The notes under the pieces were generated by a model. It searched no databases, had not been told where the DNA came from, and saw nothing but the letters and a program-made list of their open reading frames with translations. A DNA stretch of 64,000 nucleotides, taken from Fibrobacterales bacterium (GTDB taxonomy: Bacteria > Fibrobacterota > Fibrobacteria > Fibrobacterales > JAOPTW01). Position 1 is the stretch's first letter. Each line of letters begins with the position of its first letter. Positions 1 through 9,047 of the stretch are shown one piece after another. The position numbers and the translations under genes are program-made. Location: positions 1 to 64,000 of the forward strand of contig JAOPTX010000003.1 in NCBI GenBank assembly GCA_051532055.1. Direction: 5' to 3'.

Positions 1-43
1 CGATTTTTTAACTAACTATAAGTATTGATCTAAAAGGAACATT

Positions 44-301
44 ATGAGCTGGAGATTAGATAAAACTCATGCAGCATACTCGCTATTAACACCGCCGGTT
101 CAACGAAAATTTGATGAGTGGCAGAATGACATACACAGAAACGGTACACACCCTAAAACTGCAGCAGAAACAGTCGGAGCTTTTCAATATGAGTCTCTTG
201 CAAATGAAAAATATTCAATTCGTCTTTCACAGAGTGACCGTGTATTATTTAAGCTTGAAAACAGTTGCGTTCGCTTACTAGAGGTTGGTGGACACAACTA
301 A
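44..301 (+). CDS. RelE/YoeB/HigB-superfamily toxin-like small protein
   Basis: 85 aa with AAAGGA RBS; C-terminal YSIRLSQSDRVLFK...VRLLEVGGH resembles the RelE-fold SIRxxxxxRxxF...GxH pattern. Confidence 0.55.
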   Translation: MSWRLDKTHAAYSLLTPPVQRKFDEWQNDIHRNGTHPKTAAETVGAFQYESLANEKYSIRLSQSDRVLFKLENSCVRLLEVGGHN

Positions 302-321
302 GGCCTTCTGTTAAAATAGAG

Positions 322-365
322 AAACAAAAAAAGGTCAGCTCATTTGAGCTGACCTTTTTTTGTTT
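322..365. terminator. Bidirectional intrinsic terminator
   Basis: AAACAAAAAAAGGTCAGCTC-ATTT-GAGCTGACCTTTTTTTGTTT perfect inverted repeat between convergent genes. Confidence 0.9.
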
Positions 366-383
366 TATAAAATGTGCCGGTGA

Positions 384-1004
384 TTAGCTACAGCAAGAGC
401 TCCCATCTTTTTGGCCTTCAGTACTACAGCATTCAGAGCCATCATCATGGCCTTCACCACCACAACATTCTGTGCCATCTGTGTGGCCTTCGCCACCGCA
501 ACAACCTGATTCTGCATGTTCTGAACCACCACAACAGCCACCTTCTTGATGAGGATGTCCATGTTGGAGCTCTTCTTCTGTCGCTTCGCGGATTTCAGTG
601 ATTTCAATTTCAAAATGGAGAACTTGACCAGCAAGGTCGTGATTGCCATCAACAATAACACCTTCTTCAACAACTTCTTTGACGGTGATTGTGAAAGGAC
701 CTTCTGGACCTTGTGCATGAAACTGCATGCCCGGTTCAACTTTTTCAACGCCGTTGAACATGTCAAGAGGCATAGTTTGAATAAGTTTTTCAGAATAGTC
801 ACCATACGCATCAGCAGGTTGTACGGTTACATTTTTTGCATCACCAACTGCCATTCCGATGATTTCGGCATCAAGACCAGGAATAATATTGCCTGCGCCC
901 TGAAGAAATTCGATAGGATCTCCACCAGATTGATCAAGAACTTCGCCTTCATCATTTTTAAGTACATAATTCATTGAAACGATACTGCTTTCTACAACCT
1001 TCAT
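384..1004 (-). CDS. slyD: FKBP-type peptidyl-prolyl isomerase SlyD with Cys/His-rich tail
   Basis: IIPGL, AYG, VDGNHDLAGQVLHFEIEI, REATEEELQHGH motifs; metal-binding tail. Confidence 0.95.
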   Translation of the reverse strand: MKVVESSIVSMNYVLKNDEGEVLDQSGGDPIEFLQGAGNIIPGLDAEIIGMAVGDAKNVTVQPADAYGDYSEKLIQTMPLDMFNGVEKVEPGMQFHAQGPEGPFTITVKEVVEEGVIVDGNHDLAGQVLHFEIEITEIREATEEELQHGHPHQEGGCCGGSEHAESGCCGGEGHTDGTECCGGEGHDDGSECCSTEGQKDGSSCCS

Positions 1005-1169
1005 ATTGGGTCCTTAATTGGTGTGCTACGATTTTTGTGGTCCAAATGTAGTTAATTATATCGTAATTGACTAATGCGAGGGGAGCTGCATGTGAAACAA
1101 AGGAAATTTGCTCAAAATGAGTAATTTCCCCCCGAAAAATCGAAGTAAAGCCCTGGCTAAGAAGTAGGA

Positions 1170-2537
1170 TTACTCATCATGGAAATAAATTCCCGCTTCA
1201 ACAATGGTAAAACCGTTACGATCGGTACTTTGGGTATTTGGCTCTGGAATATCCATTTTGTCTGATGATTGGGTAACACCGATGAGATATCTGAGTGTGG
1301 TCTCAGCGGCTGGTGATGCGGTGAGCGTATTGATTTCTGAAAGGTCATTAAAATAAAAGGTAACGAATGATTCAGTAGCATAGGTTTCTATAAGAGGATT
1401 CCACATTGTAGTAAGGTTCAGTACTTCTTGAGTAGAAAGTCCTATTTCTTTAAGTTTCTTTTTTAAAAGGGGCTTGTAGTCCTCAATTGCTACACACCAG
1501 CCCTCGGTGATAGTAGGCGTTTGCGAAAAGGTGTAGTTATGATAGAGAAAAGCCCAGTCATCATTAATAAGGCCATCTGCCGAGGCGGTAACATCCCATT
1601 CAATATTTCCTTCCATTGATAAGGATGCAGGACTGTCGTAGGTTGCCTTAAGAGTACCGGTATAGGCCTCTACAGGGTACATGTATACTTGTGCTTCATT
1701 TACGGTAAAGAGCGGCTCTTTGTTAAGCTGGAGGTCGATATACGCACTTGATACTTGGCTGATTCCACCATACATTTCTCCACCACTCTTTTTTATTCCC
1801 ACAATCTGTGTAATGTTCTTTTTGTTGAGTATGGAATAACGGCCTTGTGCATCAATTTCAATTTCGAGAATATAGTCATCATCAAAGGTTACTGTTATTG
1901 CTGCGTCTTTTACTAGTGAGTAACCGGTTTTCTTAGTATAGCCATATACGAAACCGCTATAGGAGTTGAGAGTGTCGCTTTGCTCATCAGTAACTGCAGT
2001 TAAGGATAGTTCTACCGCCTCATCATTTTTGACGGTATAGATTGCACTGTAATATCCTTCAGATTGTACTAAAAGAGAAATATCTGTTGAGCCGCTCGCT
2101 TCAGGTGACCATCTACCAAATCCATAAGTGGTATCGGTGTATTCTTCTCCTTCAGTAATGTCTAGGTAGGTAAGGATAACCATTGGACCATCATCGGGAG
2201 TTCTTTCTGTATGAGAGGACGAAGACACTAATTCGGAACTACTCGATGTGGGTTCAACTTCTGATGATTGCGGTTCAGGATTGGAAGCTTCAGATGAATC
2301 ATCAATGGCGTTGGACGAGTCATCAATTTCTGATGAAGGTTCTTCTGATTCTGCACTACTTGGCTCTTCCTGTGAACTTACTACTTGTTCACTGCTCTCT
2401 TCGAGAGATGAAGACTCTTCTGCGGTTAAGGGAGAGGTAGAATCGACACAGCCAATACAGAGAGTGAGAATAATGGATATGAGGAGACCAAAAAAAGTGG
2501 GGGGAGTGGTTGTAGTATGCTTCATAATAAATCTCAT
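1170..2537 (-). CDS. Putative lipoprotein with Ser/Glu linker and C-terminal IYLYP...VEWG-type domain of unknown function
   Basis: Hydrophobic signal ending CIGC; Ser-rich linker; similar to 46764-48290. Confidence 0.75.
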   Translation of the reverse strand: MRFIMKHTTTTPPTFFGLLISIILTLCIGCVDSTSPLTAEESSSLEESSEQVVSSQEEPSSAESEEPSSEIDDSSNAIDDSSEASNPEPQSSEVEPTSSSSELVSSSSHTERTPDDGPMVILTYLDITEGEEYTDTTYGFGRWSPEASGSTDISLLVQSEGYYSAIYTVKNDEAVELSLTAVTDEQSDTLNSYSGFVYGYTKKTGYSLVKDAAITVTFDDDYILEIEIDAQGRYSILNKKNITQIVGIKKSGGEMYGGISQVSSAYIDLQLNKEPLFTVNEAQVYMYPVEAYTGTLKATYDSPASLSMEGNIEWDVTASADGLINDDWAFLYHNYTFSQTPTITEGWCVAIEDYKPLLKKKLKEIGLSTQEVLNLTTMWNPLIETYATESFVTFYFNDLSEINTLTASPAAETTLRYLIGVTQSSDKMDIPEPNTQSTDRNGFTIVEAGIYFHDE

Positions 2538-2663
2538 GCTAAGGGAGTTGTATCCTTAGTATAAATTCCTAGAGATGATATTTAAATGAGATTATAGATG
2601 AGTGATTCACATACCCCTCACAAGTTGTGAGGGGAGCTTTGAGGGCATACACACTGAGGTGGC

Positions 2664-4871
2664 CTACACGTATTTTGGCGCCTCGTTCTTCAAAATTTCA
2701 CGCATAAAAAAGATCACATCTTCTTCAACAGAGTACCCTTCAATTTTACCAATAAGACGGGGATTTAATGAAACTTTTGCAATGTCGGAAAGGAGATTCA
2801 AGTGAAGTACTTGACTCTCTTTAGGACTTACTAATAGAAAGAGAAGGCGCAATTGACAATCGTCATCCTTGAGTGGGGTATCACTTTTAACTACTGAGAC
2901 ATAGCAGAGTGGCTGGGTGATATTGGTGCATCGCATGTTTGGGGCTGCAACTCCATTATCAAGTATTGTGGGGTATGAGCCTTCTCTTTGAAGAAGTTCT
3001 TCAATGAGCGTATCGTAATCAAGTCCAGGGTGGAGCTGTACGAGCTTTTTAAGGCTGTTACGCATGTGTTCTTCATAAGGGACAGGGGCAACTGTTTCAA
3101 TATGACTTGGTTGTAGCATAGATACGAGGTGTTGTTTTGTACGCTCTAATAAAAGCACCGGGCTTGGCCCTGAAGGAGAACCGCTAAAGGAAATGGAATC
3201 ATTTTCGAATGTAGCGAGGGTTGTAGTCAGCTGTAGTCTGCGGCTATCTAATTGCTCGCCACTTTCATGAAAGAGAAGGTGGCGGTTTTTAATTTCATAC
3301 GTTATTTGGGAGGGACGAGGAAGGGTGTTCCATATAGGAGTTCCAATGGATACTTCCGCTCTTACCGCATTAAATTTTGAAGGTTCCCAACGAAAAAGGT
3401 TCTCTGAATTAACCTGCTCTCCCCACTCTTTGCAAATCATTACATTGAGCTCGGGGTTGTCGGTTAGTGCTAGTACATGCCCCGTAACCATTAAAAGTTC
3501 TGTGGGAAGTGAATCTATTTCAAGGGCGTTCCCTTGAAATACGGTGATGCCTTCACCGGAAATATCAGAAAGAGCATTGCTGTTGGTGTCAATAATAGTG
3601 CAGTTACTACCTGTTTGAGTATTAATAAATTCGGCCATTTTACTCGCGAGGGGACTCGCGCCTGCAATAAGCCATCCGGTTTTTTCCGGTGCAACAACAC
3701 CAAGCATACGAGCAACCCATCCAGCACTCAACCCTTGGAGTATAATTGTGGCTGCAATTATACTAAAAGTAAATGTTTCGAGAAACTCAGCATTTGGGAA
3801 TCCCTTGGTCATGAGCTCTAGCCCAAAAAGTGATGCCATTGAGCCGGCAATTACGCCTCGAGGTGCAATCCAAGAAAGAAAGAGCTTTTCTTTAAAGGTA
3901 AGATTGGTGCCAAAGCTACAAACAATGATACTCAATGGACGCACAATGAGAAGTACTCCAGGGATGATAAGAAAACCACCCCAACCAATTGATAAAAAAT
4001 CACTGATTTTTAAGCTTGCCGCAAGGAGGATGAAGACTATAGCTATAGAAAGTTCTGTAAGCTCTGACTTAAATTTATGGAGGTGCTTAACTTTGCTCCC
4101 TTTAATTTGACCGACAACAAACCCCGCAATAATAACGGTTAAAATGCCGGCCTCATGCATAATGATATCTGACAGAGTAAAGAGGAAAATCGTTGAGCCA
4201 AAAACAAATATATTGGAATAGTCAGTCGGGACAATCTCTTTTTCAAGGGCCGCCTTAAGAAGATAGCCACCACCAAGGCCAAAAATAAGGCCGATGGCAA
4301 GGCGATAACTGAGGTGTATGAGTTGGACTGTTGTATCACCGTCTATGACATACCATTCATAACAGAGGACCGCAATAAAAACCCCGATAGGGTCAATAAG
4401 GACTCCCTCCCAATGGAGGACATGAAACATTTTTTCATTTATACGGATTCTCTTGAGGAGCGGTGCAATAACGGTTGGACCGGTAACGATCACCAGGCTC
4501 CCTGCAAGGAGTGAAAACGAAAAGCTATAATCCATAGCATAATAGATGATTAGGGACGTCCCCAGCCAAGTAATGATAACGCCGAAGGTGAGAAGACGCC
4601 ATATGACGACGGGTGCTTTGCTCATACCTGAGCGGTCAAGGGTGAGCCCCCCTTCAAAAAGAATAACGGCAACAGCAAGTGAGATAATCATTCTCAGGCC
4701 CTCACCGAGAGATTGAGGGTCGACAATACCAATAAATTCAGGGCCGAGTACTATGCCGCCTACAAGGAGTAATACTATTGCAGGAACACGGATATAGCGT
4801 GCAACTATAAAGAGAAACACTCCACCAAAGATGGCACTTACTAGTGTTGTCATTGCAATGTAGTTTTCCAT
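2664..4871 (-). CDS. CPA1/NhaP-type cation:proton antiporter with RCK/TrkA-N-like and PTS EIIA-like domains
   Basis: [30 protein letters not shown] motifs; C-terminal RE..PT...GVAAP and HLNLLSDIA. Confidence 0.88.
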   Translation of the reverse strand: MENYIAMTTLVSAIFGGVFLFIVARYIRVPAIVLLLVGGIVLGPEFIGIVDPQSLGEGLRMIISLAVAVILFEGGLTLDRSGMSKAPVVIWRLLTFGVIITWLGTSLIIYYAMDYSFSFSLLAGSLVIVTGPTVIAPLLKRIRINEKMFHVLHWEGVLIDPIGVFIAVLCYEWYVIDGDTTVQLIHLSYRLAIGLIFGLGGGYLLKAALEKEIVPTDYSNIFVFGSTIFLFTLSDIIMHEAGILTVIIAGFVVGQIKGSKVKHLHKFKSELTELSIAIVFILLAASLKISDFLSIGWGGFLIIPGVLLIVRPLSIIVCSFGTNLTFKEKLFLSWIAPRGVIAGSMASLFGLELMTKGFPNAEFLETFTFSIIAATIILQGLSAGWVARMLGVVAPEKTGWLIAGASPLASKMAEFINTQTGSNCTIIDTNSNALSDISGEGITVFQGNALEIDSLPTELLMVTGHVLALTDNPELNVMICKEWGEQVNSENLFRWEPSKFNAVRAEVSIGTPIWNTLPRPSQITYEIKNRHLLFHESGEQLDSRRLQLTTTLATFENDSISFSGSPSGPSPVLLLERTKQHLVSMLQPSHIETVAPVPYEEHMRNSLKKLVQLHPGLDYDTLIEELLQREGSYPTILDNGVAAPNMRCTNITQPLCYVSVVKSDTPLKDDDCQLRLLFLLVSPKESQVLHLNLLSDIAKVSLNPRLIGKIEGYSVEEDVIFFMREILKNEAPKYV

Positions 4872-5053
4872 AGTTCAGGCCTCCCGTGCTTTAATCCATT
4901 GTAAAAGATAGTTTAACCGTTTTAACTCTTCTATAAGTAGCGCTCTATTCAAAGACAAAATACAGTTTCGATATCGGGAAATTTGCGAAATGTAAACTTT
5001 TGTTAACATTCTAATTTTACCCTTTTAGTTTAATATTTTCTCTAATACCGAAA

Positions 5054-5265
5054 GGGGGAAAGGATGGTTGCACTATCGATGTGAATCGAAAGAGTAACCT
5101 GAGGAACCTTTCCGGATGATTCGGTTGCACGCCTCTCTCCTGTGCAACCGAATTGTCTGAAATTCAAACTCCATGGTGTGAGTTAGATTGAGTACGTCGT
5201 TTAGTGGTGATACATCGGGTGATGTATTTGTACTTGATCCCTCCACCATGAGTTTTCGTTCCCCA
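5054..5265 (+). ncRNA. Candidate structured non-coding RNA, family unassigned
   Basis: Three long stems with G-U pairs favouring the + strand, a GUGA (GNRA) tetraloop, and complementary ends GGGGAA/TTCCCC. Confidence 0.6.
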
Positions 5266-5320
5266 TTGTAGACATACAATCTAATGTGATTTTACGTATT
5301 TGAGCTTTTCTTGAAAATAG

Positions 5321-5336
5321 TGTGACCAGGATCACA
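5321..5336. promoter_or_regulatory. CRP/FNR-family box TGTGA-N6-TCACA
   Basis: TAGTGTGAccaggaTCACACTA; perfect consensus with extended palindrome. Confidence 0.65.
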
Positions 5337-5360
5337 CTACCAGTCTATCTATTGTAAACA

Positions 5361-5389
5361 TTGAGTTACGCTAGGATTTGCGCTATAAT
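5361..5389 (+). promoter_or_regulatory. Sigma70-type promoter
   Basis: TTGAGT-17 nt-TATAAT upstream of the CDS at 5430. Confidence 0.6.
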
Positions 5390-5429
5390 AAGAAGGTATT
5401 TTTGTTGTAGACAATAAAGAGAGGTAACT

Positions 5430-5927
5430 GTGATGATTCACATGTACAGCCCTATAGCGCTCCTTATTTTTGCGACAGCATTTCTTACGTTAGTTGGATG
5501 TGTTGAAGATGGAGTGACTACTCCTACAGCAGACGCTATAGGTTACGAACACTATGATAATGAAATTGATGCTGACTCTAATGTAACAGTAGTGAGTTTA
5601 AAAGATAATTCACTCAATGGAATTGAGCTTGATACTAATTTTACATTAGGCTCTCTTGAATATTCACTCGCATATGGTAACAACGATATAATCATTGACA
5701 GTCTTATTGTTGGCTTTGTAGTCTACCCTCAGGCCGAACCATTTATCGCCTTAGAAGAGTCGATTCAAACTGATTCAATGTATTCTATACGTTTTACTGT
5801 TCCTAAAAACATCCCATTAATTATAGGCTATACCGCATTGTATGAAGGGGTAGCCGTTGCATCAGATGTAGATACCCTCACTATTTCTACCGATTCTGTA
5901 GTGGTTAAGAGTATACGGTTACAGTAA
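5430..5927 (+). CDS. Hypothetical lipoprotein
   Basis: AGAGAGG RBS; lipobox LVGC. Confidence 0.75.
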   Translation: MMIHMYSPIALLIFATAFLTLVGCVEDGVTTPTADAIGYEHYDNEIDADSNVTVVSLKDNSLNGIELDTNFTLGSLEYSLAYGNNDIIIDSLIVGFVVYPQAEPFIALEESIQTDSMYSIRFTVPKNIPLIIGYTALYEGVAVASDVDTLTISTDSVVVKSIRLQ

Positions 5928-6066
5928 AATAGATACCCTTTAAATTGGGTGGGGCAACATCAGTTTGATATCAATCATCCAATGTTGTACTATCTTCTCA
6001 CTCACTTGGCTCCTCAATTGTAACTTGATCTACTTTTAATTACGAATATATAATTGTAGATGTACT

Positions 6067-7647
6067 ATGCATAAGCCTTTGAGTGAACAACGTTTTAATT
6101 TTTCTTTCATTAATCGATTTCCAGGTGATAGTAGTTATAATAACTATCCACGCCCTACACCCGAGGTGCTTTTTTCTCTGGTTAATCCAACAGCAACGGG
6201 CGCCCCAAAACTTATTGCAAGTTCAAAAACACTTGCAGCTGAATTGGGTATTGCATTTCCTTTAAATACAATTGATACAGATCTCCTTTCGGGGAACCAT
6301 ACTGCGGAAGGTGATACTCCTTATGCCTATCGCTATGGTGGTCATCAATTTGGACAGTGGGCAGGTCAGTTGGGTGATGGCAGAGCAATTAACCTCGGTG
6401 AATTGATAACACCTACAGGTGAACGTCAAGAAATACAACTGAAAGGAGCGGGAGAAACACCTTACTCTCGCAGAGCCGATGGGAGAGCGGTATTGCGTTC
6501 GTCTGTTCGTGAATATCTCATGAGTGAGGCAATGTACCATCTTGGCGTTTCAACAACTCGAGCGTTAAGTCTGTGCACTACTGGTGATGATGTGGTTCGT
6601 GATATGTTTTATGATGGGAATGCAAAGCCAGAACCCGGTGCTGTTGTATGTAGAACTGCACCTTCATTCCTGAGATTTGGAAACTTTGAAATACTGAATT
6701 GGTGTCAGGAGTATGATCTTCTCAAAGAGCTGCTCAATTATACCATTGAGGAGCACTTCCCTCATTTCGATGGTAACAAACCAGGAGTAATCATTGCGTG
6801 GTTTGAAGAGGTTGTTGAACGTACTCTTAATATGGTAGTAGATTGGATGCGGGTTGGCTTCACCCATGGTGTTATGAATACTGACAATATGTCGATACTT
6901 GGATTGACTATAGATTATGGCCCTTATTCTATGGTTGATCACTATGACCTCTCCTTTACTCCTAATACTACAGACCTCCCGGGGCGTCGCTATGCCTTTG
7001 GTCGCCAACCCTCTATTGCATGCTGGAATCTCGAGAAATTGTCAGAAGCCATAGAACCAATTCTTTCTGAAGGTGAATCTTTTACTGAGATACTCGAAAG
7101 TATGGGGGACCGGTTTAACGCTAAATATATCATCATGCTCGAAAATAAATTGGGCCTCAATCACACCGGTTCAGAGAGTAACACAGTACTGCTCCAAGAA
7201 CTTCTGAGATTGTTACAAAAAGGTGGCTTTGACTATACACTCTTTTATAGAGAACTGATTGCCCTGAGAAAACAACCGTATGAATCAACTATTCTCGAAG
7301 GATTTACTTCACTTATGTCCAAAGAGAGTGAACAACAGCACACTGTTCTTTTTGAGGAACTGAGAGTCTTCATAGGTTCTTATAAAGAGTATGTGGGGAG
7401 CGATGAGTGGGGGAGTGCAAACGCACTTTCTAGAATGGAAGCAACAAATCCGGCATTTATTCTCCGTAACTGTGATCTTCATGAAGCAATACAGCAGTTA
7501 GAGCTCGGCGATGACATGCTCTTTAGGGAACTTGAGAAGAACATGAAAACACCCTACGTACAGCCGCCGGAAGCTCGTTATCAAAGGCCCGCTCCAAACT
7601 GGGCTCTGGATACCCCTGGTTGTGCCCTGTTATCTTGTAGTTCCTAA
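6067..7647 (+). CDS. selO: Protein adenylyltransferase SelO (YdiU)
   Basis: YGGHQFG...QLGDGRA, LKGAG.TPYSR.ADGRAVLRSS, HGVMNTDN, DYGP, C-terminal LSCSS. Confidence 0.96.
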   Translation: MHKPLSEQRFNFSFINRFPGDSSYNNYPRPTPEVLFSLVNPTATGAPKLIASSKTLAAELGIAFPLNTIDTDLLSGNHTAEGDTPYAYRYGGHQFGQWAGQLGDGRAINLGELITPTGERQEIQLKGAGETPYSRRADGRAVLRSSVREYLMSEAMYHLGVSTTRALSLCTTGDDVVRDMFYDGNAKPEPGAVVCRTAPSFLRFGNFEILNWCQEYDLLKELLNYTIEEHFPHFDGNKPGVIIAWFEEVVERTLNMVVDWMRVGFTHGVMNTDNMSILGLTIDYGPYSMVDHYDLSFTPNTTDLPGRRYAFGRQPSIACWNLEKLSEAIEPILSEGESFTEILESMGDRFNAKYIIMLENKLGLNHTGSESNTVLLQELLRLLQKGGFDYTLFYRELIALRKQPYESTILEGFTSLMSKESEQQHTVLFEELRVFIGSYKEYVGSDEWGSANALSRMEATNPAFILRNCDLHEAIQQLELGDDMLFRELEKNMKTPYVQPPEARYQRPAPNWALDTPGCALLSCSS

Positions 7648-8546
7648 GGGGTATACCATAGTTCAGGTCGGTGAATTGGTGCGCTTTTAGGGAAAAAAGG
7701 ATTTTCCATTTTGATAAGTGTTCTTTTTTTTAATTGTGCTCGTTCAAGGATGGCTCGGTTGTTTTTCATAAATATTCTATCATACATACCATTATCCAAC
7801 ATCATCTCAAAACCGACAGTCAGTCGTTGCTTAATGAGCTTTCCTTTCGGGGTATTTGAAACCCAAACATAGCGAGCAAATGGGTAGTGGAGAAGAATGT
7901 TCTCTTCGATAAACAGATTAGGATATTTATGTGTTCGATCAATATATTCCTTGTAAATCTCTGGGACACTTCGAGGGAATATGTCATATCGTTTAAGGAG
8001 AAGCTTAGTGAAAAGCCCTTCATATCCTAAGGTTTCACTTACTGATCCAGTCTCAACGGTGAATCCATTGTGAATATATATTGGAACATCGGTCCATACC
8101 TTACCCTGTCCAATTGAATAGGGTTTTAATTCTTCAAGGCTTGTGATGTTTTTAAATGTATTTTGGTCATCGTGGTGAATAAAAAAAAGTCGATACCCGA
8201 TTAGACCTTTTTCTAAGGGATACCGAACAGGGGTGAGCCTTTGCTCTAGTTCATTTGATGTTGGTCTCATAGTGATGTCAATGACACCTGAGCCCGTTTG
8301 TAATTCAGAAACCGCCCGCCATTCATTAATAAAAAAAGAACATGGTTCTAATCGATAGGGCCCAAATTCTTCAACGGTTTCTTCCAGGGCTTCCTTTACC
8401 ATCTCAATTAGGGGGGCAAACCTATTGTCCAGAGGAGACTCAGGGCCGGGGTAAGTTATTACTAGGGTGTCTGTTTTATTTGCACTTATACCATAGGTTA
8501 TAGCTATCAGTATAATAATGAGCAGCGTTTTCCCTGTATATGTCAT
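7644..8546 (-). CDS. Periplasmic solute-binding (family 3-like) protein
   Basis: Start moved to ATG 8546 (GGAGG RBS); signal peptide; KGLIGYR, GQG..W.D, R.D.FPRS motifs. Confidence 0.75.
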   Translation of the reverse strand: MTYTGKTLLIIILIAITYGISANKTDTLVITYPGPESPLDNRFAPLIEMVKEALEETVEEFGPYRLEPCSFFINEWRAVSELQTGSGVIDITMRPTSNELEQRLTPVRYPLEKGLIGYRLFFIHHDDQNTFKNITSLEELKPYSIGQGKVWTDVPIYIHNGFTVETGSVSETLGYEGLFTKLLLKRYDIFPRSVPEIYKEYIDRTHKYPNLFIEENILLHYPFARYVWVSNTPKGKLIKQRLTVGFEMMLDNGMYDRIFMKNNRAILERAQLKKRTLIKMENPFFPKSAPIHRPELWYTP

Positions 8547-8802
8547 AAGCTCATCCTCCAGAATAAGTGTACCATATATATCCCTTAAGGTGTATGAGAA
8601 TCGATTTTTTAGAGGTGGCGATTGCAATGTTGATTAAGGGCAAGGGGTATGTTTACATCCATGTACTCATAGTATACTCTATGTGGTGTATGTATAAAAT
8701 AGCTCAAAAACATAGCTGTAATACATGACTAATTATGGGTAAGTATTTCATTTATTTGGCTCAAAGCTGTATACTATAAAGAAGCCCTGAGTAAGGAGGT
8801 GT

Positions 8803-9006
8803 ATGATGGAAATGGATAAATGTAAAGAGTGCGGGAGTAGTTTTTACCATATGAGTGACTCCGCAGAGCATATATGTGCTGAGTGTGCTCATGTATTATA
8901 CGGATATAAAAACTGTTCTCACATCTTTAGAGAAGGTCACTGCGTACTCTGTTTTTGGGATAAGTCAGAATCTGAATATGTGCGACACCTAAAAGGCAAC
9001 CATTAG
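8803..9006 (+). CDS. Small Cys/His-rich putative metal-binding protein
   Basis: Strong AAGGAGGT RBS; CxxC, CxxCxH, CxH, CxxC in 67 aa. Confidence 0.75.
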   Translation: MMEMDKCKECGSSFYHMSDSAEHICAECAHVLYGYKNCSHIFREGHCVLCFWDKSESEYVRHLKGNH

Positions 9007-9047
9007 TCGCTTTGACTGCCTATGGATCGAGTAATACAGAAAGGTGC

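Noticed and set aside
365..977. ORFs overlapping slyD, and similar shadow ORFs throughout (e.g. 2248-2559, 17548-17862, 36487-37035, 43314-43838)
   Set aside because: Antisense or alternate-frame by-products of real genes and low-complexity linkers
5073..5279. 68-aa minus-strand ORF
   Set aside because: Non-ATG start, no RBS, no recognisable motif; the region is better explained by plus-strand RNA structure
4872..5280. Na+/Li+ riboswitch for the antiporter
   Set aside because: G-U pairs place the structure on the strand opposite the antiporter, and I recognise no consensus
7600..7700. Selenocysteine in SelO
   Set aside because: Ends LSCSS-TAA; no in-frame TGA
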